Shown here: piece by piece, positions 49,201 through 60,000 of the stretch
How positions within the stretch are numbered: position 1 is the first letter of the stretch
How the letters are laid out: the number at the start of each line of letters is the position of its first letter
Assembly: GCA_001724265.1 (NCBI GenBank)
Contig: MEDY01000090.1
Span: forward strand, 1 to 64,000
Length of the DNA: 64,000 nucleotides
Reading direction: 5' to 3'
Origin: Rhizaria sp. SCN 62-66
Taxonomy: Eukaryota
The notes under the pieces: model-generated
The model's database searches: none
What the model was told of the DNA's origin: nothing
What the model saw: only the letters and a program-made list of their open reading frames with translations
Program-made: the position numbers and the translations under genes

Positions 49201-50351
49201 TTGCCTACGCCACCGCGGCGGCCGTGAGTTCCCGTGACGGCCCGTACCCGCTGTCGCGAGTTCTGCTCGAAGCCGTGCATAGGGAGGTGCCGGACCCGGA
49301 TCCGACGCTGCGTCGTGTGTTCCGTTTCCCAGCGGCCCTGGTACCACCAGTAACGCGTGACCACGAGTACGGCAGTGTGAGTGCCAATTCGGCTTCACAG
49401 AAGGCGAGTGATGATGATGGTCTTGATGACGACATTGACGAGGACGTTGACCCTGCGAACAGCAGGAGCAAGAACGACCGCCCCACTGGTGGCGTTCAAT
49501 TTGTCATGGCTGCCCATGATTTAGCGATTGTGCGCATTGGTGTTCACCGGCGCGTTACACCCACACGCACTCATCATCACACCCAGGGCCACCACAGTAC
49601 CACCGCTGCTGCCGCTGCCGCCGCTGCCGCTGCTGATGCTGCTGATGCTGCTGATGTTGCTGATGCGTCTAGCTGCTCCACGTACCCCAGTCTAAACACC
49701 AGCGAGAATGAGAACAACTCTATTAGCATCACCGCTCACGATGAGGCTAGCTCGATTAATACTGCTACGGCGGGTGATAGCACGCAGCCTATCGCAAAGA
49801 AGAAGAAGCAGCACCAGAAGAAGCAGCAGCAGGCGCTGCAATTGTTGTGGGGCACCGAGGCCGCTGTTGCGACGGCAGCCGCAGTCACCCACGCCGTCAA
49901 TACGTACAACAACAAACACGCGAGCAAAGCCGCGGACAAGCGCAGCGAGCGCTATGCTGCTACAGATTCCTCGACTGCTGTTGGTGATGGTTTCAGTGCG
50001 AGCGCGTTTGACGTGCCTGCTGCACCGGCCCCCATTCGTGGACGAGCTGAGGCTGCTGATGGCTCCGGCTGGCTGGCCAGTGTCGTTGCGCACACAGACT
50101 TGTCTAAGGGGGTACTTAATGCGCTCGCCACCAAGGAGAAGTCGAAGAAGTTGCTTGCGCTTAAGTCACCGTTGTCTAAGGGTGACGATTCTTCGAAGGG
50201 TGTAGATGTAAGTAGCTCTGACGCAGGCCCCCTGTTGCTGTCGCCACTGTATATCCTGAATGCTGGCCCGGGTGAGTTTGCTGAGCGTTTTGCAGTTGGT
50301 AACGAGCTCATTCTCAACGCGACGGACATCAACGACACTAACAAACAATAA
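42498..50351 (+). CDS. Greatly expanded ribonuclease Z (metallo-beta-lactamase), ~2,298 aa; exons 42498-44678, 44875-45372, 45545-46061, 46261-46300, 46508-47178, 47362-50351
   Basis: FLGTSSSSPSERRNVSS, WLFDCGDGT, IFISHHHSDHVLGL, IYGP, VPHSAPS, DVLVHESTY, HST, LVLNHFSLRY and a distal AHDL. All introns are GT-AG and phase-compatible. In-frame TAGs at 43095 and 43101; TAA stop. Confidence 0.85.
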
Positions 50352-50626
50352 GCTTGATGGTGACGGGATTATTACTAAGTCAGAGCAAGCGAGAAGGAGA
50401 ATTTTCGAAAAAATTCCATATTTATTTAAGAATAATAACCACGCATAATTAATCAGTTCAATCATACATATACAATCAGTCATTTCATCAATATATACCA
50501 CTTAGTTCAAACACACTTTTTGAAAGCAATACAAAATCACGATCAAAGATTCACAAAGTACATCGGTTGAAAACGCTGCAAGGGTCTTCTTATCACGACC
50601 TAAACGAATTAAACAGAGACAAAAGC

Positions 50627-51916
50627 TCACTTACTTTCGTTGTTTGCAACAACAACACAGTGTCTATCACTGCTCTCGTCAGTATTAGCGTTGCTGTTCG
50701 TGCCATCGTCGTCATGCTTCACAATCATCCAGCCACCGTTGTTGTTTTTCGCCTGAACCTCGCGCCATTGCGCCGCGACAATCGCCGCCACAACACCAGC
50801 CTTCAACTTGCCACTCTTCCCACTCACAAAGCTGCTCACATCACTGTTTACGGAGCTATTGTTGAAGAGATAGATGGCTTCCGCAAGCTCTTGCAACTTC
50901 TTCCGCTCAGTGTCATCCTTCACGACAGCGCACCAGTAAAACCGTGCAGAGCTAACGCTATTGGGCACAGTGCCAGCCACGAGAGCTTCTTTGACTAATG
51001 CCCATACCAGCGGAGCCTGGAGATGTCCCAGCCCAAACAAAGAGAGACACTTAAGCACGCGTGTAATGCGGAGGTAGTTGTGCCCTTTGTTGTTGAGGTT
51101 ACGCAGCCGGTCGAAGCAGTCGTTGGTGTTGCGCGCGAGCTCCCCCGTCGCGAGGGACACCAGGCGGAAACCGATGAAGCGCAGGTACACGCGGTAGTGC
51201 TCGAGCACAAGTACCTGGTACTCGTGGGGGTTGGCTGTAATTACGGCGAGTTCGTGCGGCTGCAGCGGGGACGCGTTGGGATTCATACCGGGTTCAGGGA
51301 TGGGGAAAAGCCACTGGATGTAGTCGTGCGCGGTCTCCAAGTACGCGTTGTCCTTGGCAAGCGGGCCCGTGATGAAATCGTTACGGTAATGCTTGCCGTT
51401 CATCTTGAGCTTGTTGGTGAAGAAGTCGAGGTTGGGAGTCGCTTTCGTCTGGAAGTGCTTCGGTAACGGCGTAGGGTAGCCGGCAAGAAACTCTTCGGCG
51501 TCGCGGGCGGCGCGGAAGGCGTCGGCCGATCGCATGCGCTGGCCTGATTGCGCAAAACCGCCAGCACCAGCACGAGAGGAAGCATCGGGAGAGAGGGCTG
51601 CGTCTTGCGCGGACCAGCAGGCGGCGAGATAGGCGTTTGCGCCGTCTAAGTCAGGCGTAATAACCATGCCATCACTTGGGGTGGGCTTGAAGGAAGCGGA
51701 TTTGCTTGCGCTTGTTGTTGCGGGGAGAGCGGGAGCGGTTACCGCAGTTGCGCTCGAGCTTGCGCGCGAGACAGACTTGTTGCTGTCAGTCGAAGTGACG
51801 GAGGCAGCGTTGACTGCTTTAGACTGCGCGGGCTTTTGGAGTGTAGGAGTCACAGTCGTAGCTGATGTGCTTGCGTTAGACGCGGCTGCGGTAGCAGCTT
51901 CGGTGGGGTTCTGCAT
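50627..51916 (-). CDS. Opioid growth factor receptor (OGFr) conserved-domain protein
   Basis: LETAHDYIQWLFPIPEPGMN, LRFIGFRL, NLNNKGHNYLRITRVLKCL, FYW. Start (ATG 51916) and end are uncertain: the TGA overlaps a GTAAGT donor-like site at 50634. Confidence 0.8.
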   Translation of the reverse strand: MQNPTEAATAAASNASTSATTVTPTLQKPAQSKAVNAASVTSTDSNKSVSRASSSATAVTAPALPATTSASKSASFKPTPSDGMVITPDLDGANAYLAACWSAQDAALSPDASSRAGAGGFAQSGQRMRSADAFRAARDAEEFLAGYPTPLPKHFQTKATPNLDFFTNKLKMNGKHYRNDFITGPLAKDNAYLETAHDYIQWLFPIPEPGMNPNASPLQPHELAVITANPHEYQVLVLEHYRVYLRFIGFRLVSLATGELARNTNDCFDRLRNLNNKGHNYLRITRVLKCLSLFGLGHLQAPLVWALVKEALVAGTVPNSVSSARFYWCAVVKDDTERKKLQELAEAIYLFNNSSVNSDVSSFVSGKSGKLKAGVVAAIVAAQWREVQAKNNNGGWMIVKHDDDGTNSNANTDESSDRHCVVVANNESK

Positions 51917-52321
51917 CTGCAAGTGTGGTGAACAACACCGAGATATGACTTTTGGCGACGATGGACTCTTAAAGTACGTATATCTCAATCAGACTTCCGT
52001 CTTTCACTAGAAAATAGTAGGAACAAACAGATATGTTAGTTTTTAATGATATTTATAAAGTGTACAATACACGCCAACGGTTTCAATTCTGGGGGCGTCT
52101 TCTTCTTAGCTCGATGAATCTGGCTTGCTGTGTCAGCTGGCTGGTTAGTTTGTGGTGTAAACGCAATACATGATTGGAAACTGTGATGTATTGCTCTGTC
52201 TGGGCCATGCTCAGAGCATTCCGACATTAAATAATGGCCATGAACCCAAATATACTAGTTAACCAGAGAAATCCACTCGTTTCTCACCCCAAAGCAATGA
52301 AATTAGCGCATCATGCGTAAC

Positions 52322-53710
52322 TCATTGCTCAGGGGCTGCTGCATCTGCTGCGGTCTGCTGTCGCTTCTCACTCACAACAGCCCCGCCCTGCTGCTGCTGC
52401 TGCTCCGCAATCTGCTGGATATGCAGCGCAGCCCTCGCAGCCACCGCCGCGGCCATATCCCTCACACGGCGCTCGATTCCCGTCTGCACGGCAGTAGCCA
52501 CGCGGCCCCGGGCCGCCGCCGCCGCAGCTTTGCCAACACGGTCAAGAACTTCGATGCTCACGGTCACCTTGGCACCACCACCGGCACCAGACGCCGCCCC
52601 CGCAGCAGCGCCAGAGCCGGAGTTCGCGCTTAGACCGTTGTTGACGCCCATGTTGTTGTTAGCGTTGGCTTCAGCGGTGGCTTGTTCAACATAGGCAGAG
52701 CGCGCTGCCGCATCCGCCTGTGCAGCCAGTTCACTATCGACATCAAGCACCGTGCCGCCGCTGGCGTCGGGTAAGTCAAGCCGCGCTCCGGCGGCGACGA
52801 GGCGCTCGACGAGCGAGAAGTGACCGTGGGCGGCCGCGTGATGAAGGGCGGTGCGGTTGCGGCGGCCGGGGAGGTCGATGGCGGCGCCGGAAAGCAACAG
52901 AATCTACGATTTGACAATATATATAACAAAAAAGGAAATCAGTAGTAAGTAATAGGTTACATTTAACTAACTTACATCTTAAACCATAACTTTGAACAAA
53001 GAAATGTGTTTGTTAGTGTTGTGTAAACTTACCTCGACGACGCTGTTCTTGCCCTTTGCTGCAGCGAGAGTCAATGCAGTGTCGCCAAACGCGCTCACGC
53101 CGTGCAAATCAACACCGACCGAGACAAGAAACTGCACCACATCCGCGTGCCCGTTATCCGCCGCCAGCACCAGCGCTGAGCACCCGTTGACGTCTGTCGC
53201 AGTCGCGTCGGCGCCGAGAGTGAGTAAAAGACGGACGATGCCGCTGTGGCCGTGGCGGGCAGCGTGTAGCAGCGCAGTCCAGCCGAAGCGGTCGCGGGCG
53301 TCCAGGGATGCGCCGAGAGTGTGGAGGGTCTTGACAAGCTCGGTGTGGCCGCGGTGGGCGGCGACCATCAGGGGCGTGCAGTGGTCTTTGTTGACGACGT
53401 CGCAGTTGACGTCTAGACAAACAACAAGAAGTGAACACAAAGTGACAAATGTTCAGACATGGGAAAATAATCAAAGATATGATCAGGTTAGTGGAGGTAG
53501 TTCAGATTAAATTTGCGATATAACATAAAAGCCACGCGAAAACACGACCGAAATTAGTTGCATTTGTTTATCTGCATCAAAGCGTGATTAAATGCGATAG
53601 GATGGAGGTGAGTGGAAGAACGTACTGGGGCCGAGGCGGCGGATGGCGGCGGCGTCACCCTGTTGCGCGGCTTCAAACAGCACGCGATAGTGAGGGTCAG
53701 ACGCGGACAT
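52322..53710 (-). CDS. Ankyrin-repeat protein; exons 53710-53626, 53412-53033, 52903-52322
   Basis: Repeats TPLMVAAHRGH, TALLHAARHGH, SALVLAADNGH, TALTLAAAKGK, TALHHAAAHGH. Phase-compatible GT-AG introns; TGA stop followed by AT-richer DNA. Confidence 0.85.
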
Positions 53711-54552
53711 GCCACGCAAAAGTCACCAAGCAGTGCGGGCTTTAGTGAGGGGTGCTGCAAATCGCTGCAGAGGGGCGCGGGTAAGGCTGGTGTGAGGTGT
53801 GGGCCACGAGAAAACGCTTGAGCTTAAGAGGCGGATACTGAGCCCAAATCAAAGTTTAATAGTACAAAATTTTGTGAATAAATATCAAACCCAGATTTAA
53901 TTGCCACACAAAAGCAACACATGCATAGACGGATGGTTTGCTATCGAGCAGCGTCGTGATGTGCAACGTATCCCGGGGGTTGCATTGCAAGCCTCGCGGA
54001 GCCCCCGCAGCCCGTCGGTGATGGCGCCCTGTTCGCATAGTTAAACACATGTCCATACGCTCTCCTCTGTTCGTCAACCGACATATGATCGAGAGATTTC
54101 GTTTTAGATCTTACTAAACTTGCCATATATTTAAAATACTGGCTTCTAAGCTCACGCCTTGTATCGCGATCGATGTGCTTTTTTCTCCCCTATCCCAGAC
54201 GAGCCTCCCGTGCTCTCACCTCTCGCTTCACCACCTTTGGCGAGCACTTACCCGTTTTGTCCGACTTTTTCTAACCGCGCCTACCGCGCACCACGCACTA
54301 GTGGACCTTGCTGCGCTCTTTGCACCGAGTTCCACTGACAAAGCGCCTCGCTGAAGCTGTTTCTGCGCTTGCCCGCCTTTCCGCGATCTCGCTTTCTCCG
54401 AGAGCGGCTGCGACTTGCGTTTGCTCACCACTCGCTGTACCACTTGGCCGGACCGCAGTCCTCTCTCACACGGCCGCTTGGACCACGTTTGTTACCTCCC
54501 CGCTAGCCACGAAAGCTATAACAGCACTTGTTGCTTGCTTTGCGTCTGAGCG

Positions 54553-57030
54553 ATGTCAAAGCGCGAGCTCACTCCCCAGGAGGTTGCGAAACTACAACAT
54601 GCAAAAGCCAGCTCTGGTTCGAAGAAGGGGATTGTGACAAAAGCTAACAAAAGACTTGCCGAGGCCAAGAGGGCTGCTGATAATGCTGCTGCTACCGCCA
54701 AGGCCATCGCTGATGACCCTACGGCTACAGCTGAGGCTAAAGCTGCCGCTGATGCTGCTGTTGAATCTGCAGCCGAAGATGTTAAAGGAGCGACTAGTGC
54801 TGTTGCCAATGCTGAGGCGGCTGCAGCCGCTGCCTATCAGCTTTATAAGGATCTCGAGGCTGCTCTGAGTCTCAAGGAGCAGCAGCCGCAGCCAGTGATA
54901 CAGCCACAGTCGCTTTCGCATCCCCAGTCTGACACTGGGGCTGAGGCTCGCGCTCCGACTCAGTCTCAGGCTCAGACCCAGGCTGCGACTTCGCCTGCGT
55001 CAGCGGCAGCGACTGCGGTATCGACTTCCAGCGCAGGTCACGACTCTCAGAGCAACAGCGAAACCACTGGCACTGGCGCCAACACTGACGCTAACACTGA
55101 GGCGATCGCTCATGCTACCGCTATTTCTGACGCGAGTGCTGACGCTAAGGCTGACGCTTATGCCGACGTGAGCGCTCATGTTGACTCTGCCAGTAGGACT
55201 GCTCCCGCAAGCGATGCTGCTGCTGCTGCTGCTGCTGCTGCAACTGATTCTAGCTCTGCTGGTGGTGGTGGTGGTGGTATTGTTGCTTCTGGCACCGACG
55301 CCGATTTGAGCAGCACTGCGATCTATGCCAACGACGACGATTACAATGATATGAACGACGGCTATGATGTCTACGGTTACCATAATTATCACGAGGAGAC
55401 TCTCGAGAGAGTTGATTTCGTCAACAACATTTATAGCAGCCGGAGTACACACAGTGACACGCGCGGTGATGACACGTTCCTAACCACGGATGCGAGTTCT
55501 GTTGTTGCGGACTTGCCTGGGAGTGTTTGTGTTAACGCCGCCACTGCAGCTGTTGAGAAGACTGATTCTGCGTCCGCTACTGAGCCTGGGGCCGCGACTG
55601 ATTCGGAGACTGCGGCTGCGGAGTCGGCTGCTGCGGGTGCGGCTGCTGCGGCTGCAGAGGACGTGCAGGAAACCATTGACAACAGCGACAACTTCATCAG
55701 TGTTAGAAACACCCCTGCCACGACCAAGAAGAAGAGCCTTGATATGATGACTGATGATGAATCGATATTCGCTGCGATGATGATAACCCCGTTGGCTGAT
55801 GCGCAAAACGCAGCAGCTGATGCGCAGACCACCACTGCAGACACGGGCGCAGCCACTGCTGGCACAGCAGCCGCTGCTGGCCCAGCAGCCGCTGCTGTCC
55901 CGGCCGGCGCAGCACAGATTGCCATGACAGATAACGACGACGACACCGCTGCTGCTGATACTACGGTGGCGCCCGATGCTGTATCGGTGGCCGACGATGA
56001 TGGCAGTCGCGTTGTGAAGCCCAATGCTCGGCAAACTTGCGCCCGGGCTCCTCGGAACGCTGCCAAAGCACCCGCAGCTCTCGCAGCACCCACTGTACCC
56101 GCCCAGCATTCCGTTAACGACAACAATCGCGATAGCTTTGACGGGGACCCGGACGCGAACGCTGAGGTCGATAACGCAAGCAACGTGAACGTCGCGAGCG
56201 CGAGCGCCAGGGGCCGCCGCGGCCGTGGCGGCGCGGGCGCGACCAGGGGTGGCAGGGCACCTAAGGCGGCTACTGCCAAAGCTGCTGCTGCCGAGGCTGC
56301 TGCTGCCGAGGCTGCTGCTGCTGTTGCTGCCGAGACTGTTGCTGGCGCTGCGACCGGTGACGTCACGATCACTGACGTTGCGGTTGTTGATGCCACTGCT
56401 GTTGACAGTGATATCAAGCGTGCCAAGAGCAAGGCTCGCGTGTCACTTTCTCCTTCCGACGTGACCGACAGCGTTTTTGCGAGCATACCAGCTAACACCG
56501 CCCTCAGTCCGAGCGCTGTGAGCATTCCCTGTCCGAGCCGTCGGGGCGCGAACGCCCGCGTCCGCCCCACTGCCGCCGCCACTGCTACCGCTGTCGCAGC
56601 TCCTGCTGCGCCTGCTGCGAGTTCTCCGTCTGGCAGCAGTGCTGGCAGTGCTGCTGCTCCTGCCGCTGCTGCTCCTGCCGCTGCTGCTGGTGTTGCGCTC
56701 AGTGTTTCGCGAGACGGAGTCTTGACTGCTGACGAGTACACGCGGCTTACCAAAGAGGGGCGGCTTAGCTTCGACGCGGCCGTGGCGCTCATGCTCTTGC
56801 CGGCGTTGAACGACCTCAGTACTCTCGGCAGCAACATCGTCTTCACCAATGTTATCACTGGCGCTGTGCACATTGCCAACAGCAACAGCAACAGCCGTCG
56901 TGGCGCTAAGGCAAGCGGGAAAGCACCAGTTTTAGCGACGGCTAAATCCCAAGCTCAGGCTCAGGCAGCGGCTGCGGCAAGCAAGATCAACAAGGGTGCG
57001 AATCGAAACAGACTTAGCAGCAATGCCAAC

Positions 57031-57061
<31 letters not shown>

Positions 57062-60000
57062 AACTGAGTGGATTCAAAGCGAGCGCGAGCTTTTCTGTGG
57101 CTGGTGGTGCCGAGGCAGCAGTTAAGACTGTGCTTTTGCCTGCTTTGAAGCTAAGCCGCCGCCCGTTGACCCTCGCGGCCAGCTTCGACCACGCCGCCCT
57201 GCGCGCGCGCATTGAGCGGGAACGCGCGGCCGCCGGTGCCGCGTATTTGGCCGCTGTGCTCGACGAAGAAGAGGAGGAGTTTGGCTTTGACGCCAAGTCG
57301 AGGCAAAGCCGTGAGGCGGCGCATAAAGCTGCGTTGAAGCAGGCTTCTTAGCTGCTGCACTCCCGCTGCATCGCCAACGACGCGCACGGCAGTAACAGCA
57401 CTAACGACACCAACAACAACAACAATAGCAACGATCGCAAGTCAGCTGTGACTGGGGCAGCTTTCGGGCCGCATTGCTGCAGTGTGACGACTGTCAGAGA
57501 CCGCGCGAACCCTGTTCGTGGCTTGCGGCCTCCGAAATGGATTCGCCGCGGCCTAACTTACCGCAACCGCCGGCTCACGGTCTTCGCTGGCGTGCGCAGG
57601 CGTGCCCTCCAGTTCTTGCGCGACGCAGCTAAACTTAAAGACCCCGTGTACTTTATTTCCGCAGTGATCAGCTGCGAGGAGCAGCTGCTGCGCTCTGTCA
57701 TTGCACTGAGCCCGTATCCTCTCACTGTGACTGTGGGCGCAGCGCCGTCTGTCGGGCTAAGTGCCGGCAAGGACAGTCTAAGTACCCCTGCTGCCGACTC
57801 TACCTTCGGCGGTCTAAGTAGGTTCACGCGCGGGTACTTACAGCTGTTTAGCGATACGACCCTTACGGCGATGTACGATGCCGCGCGCACCGCGCTCGCC
57901 GCCTCTCAAGCGCGCGCTTCTTTGAGTCCAAGCAGCTCCAGTGCTTCTGCTGCTGATGCTGCTGCTGTTGCTGCTGCTAATGCTGGTGATGCGTTTGTGG
58001 GTCTCAACGGCGCTATTGCGGCCGCGCTTGAGTTGGCAGAGGTCCAAAGCGGCAAAGCGCTTGACGACTACGCTGCTGACAAGCTTTACGGCTGCGGCCG
58101 CAGTCGCCCCGAAAGTTTGTTGCAGAACGCTCACAGTCGCTTTCGCAGCGCTCACAGCCATTGCGACGCGTTTGAGCGGAGCAAGAATACGAAAGCAGCG
58201 CAGCACCCTGTGTTTGCGCACATCTACAGTCAGAACACTGCTGGTGGCATGACTGATGATAATGACGACGTCGCTGTCTTTCGCGACGTCGCCGCTCACG
58301 GTCACTTTGTGTCTGCTCACGGTCACTCTGCACACCATAGTCACGCGGTGTTCAGTGACGGAGAGGCGTCGTTTAGCTGGGATTACGACGCAGCTGCTGA
58401 GGACTCGGAATCCAACTCAAGCACTGACTCCGAGTCGGCGTCAGCGTCAGCCTCCGCCTCAGCCTCAACCTCTGGCTCTAGCTCTGGCTCTGGCAGTAAC
58501 TCTGGGTCAGAGGGCACTGACTCCGGCTCTGGCTCTGGCTCTGGTTCCGGTCCTAACTACCAGTCTGATTCGGCTTCCGACTTTGACTTTGACTCGCATA
58601 CCAGCAGTAGCCGGAGCACGAAGCGTGCGCGCTTAGGCGGTGCGGCTGCTGTCAGTCGCGTGAAGAGCTGCAGCGAGGCCCGTCAGAGCCGGGCGAGCAT
58701 TCCCTACAACATCGGCGACGACGATGACGCTAACGCGGACTACGAAGACAGCAACGACGGCGACGACTCCGACGACTCCGATGATGTCGACGCTGGCGAT
58801 CGCGACGTGCCTTCGAAGCGCAGCCGGATCGCGAGCGCCAGCGCCCGTGGGAAAGGCAAGAAAGCTGCGCGCAGTGCTGGTAAGGGCCGCGGCAGTGGTG
58901 GGCCGCGCGGGATGAAGTTGCCTGGCAACGGCATTGGCGGCGGACCCCGACGCCAACCGGCACAAAAGCGTGCTACCGCCGCCACCACTGCCACCGCAGC
59001 TGCTGCTGCCGCTGCCTCTGCCTCAGCCGAGTCTGACACGGACACAGCGGACGGCGCTGCTGCTGCTGCTGCTCATGTTGCGATGACTGAGACGCCTCGG
59101 GGAGAAGGCACTGACGATGAAAAGGAAATCATTCCCGAAGCTAAACGCCCTCGCGTGCCTTTGCCGTCGTTTGTACCTGCTGCGAGCGCGTCGAACCGTG
59201 CCATTTCTCTTCCTAATCATCACAGCAACTAGAACACGGCTGCTATCACTCCCACCGTGCGTACCGATGACGGTAGCACACGCGTGAACACAGACTCAGA
59301 TGTCCGCAGTATGACTGACAGTGCCACCGCTAGTATCAACGACGCAGAACACGTTCCTACAACTGCTGGTCTCGCCTTTGCTCTTCCCGCCGCGGCCGTC
59401 GCCACCAATGGCCCTGGAACCGCCGCTCCCACTGACTCTGTTGCTGGCGCTGCCGATGCTGGAACTCGCACTGCTCTTGGCGCTGGTGCTGATGCTGACG
59501 TCGACGCGGAGGCAGCGGGCGACGCGTTTGCCAGAGGTCGCCGCAACCGCGCCCGGGCGAGCGCCTCGGCAAGTGCAAGCGCCTCTGCGAGTTTGAACGC
59601 CTCGGCGAATGCTCGAGCTACGGCCAATGGGCCTCAGAGCCAGCAGCCGGTTAAGAAGCTCACGCGGGCGCAGCAGCGACAAAAGGAGCTCGAGGAGAAA
59701 CAACAACAACAGCAACAACAGCAGCAGTTGCTACAACAGCAGAAGCAGGCGCAAGAGCAAGAGCAGCTTGACATTACCAGTGCCGCAGCTTTGCAGGCGA
59801 CGGCCGCCGCCGGCACTGCTGCTACTTCCGCTGCACATGCTGCCAACGCCCCACTTGACGCCGCGACTGTGCCCACGACTGCAGCTGGGGTTTCGGACGC
59901 CGCGCCTGGGTTTGCGACTGCTGCGGCAGCGAATGTTGATGACGACTTTGAGATTGTTAATGTGAGTGCGCCGTCGCCGAAGGCTCAGACTCCTGTCACT

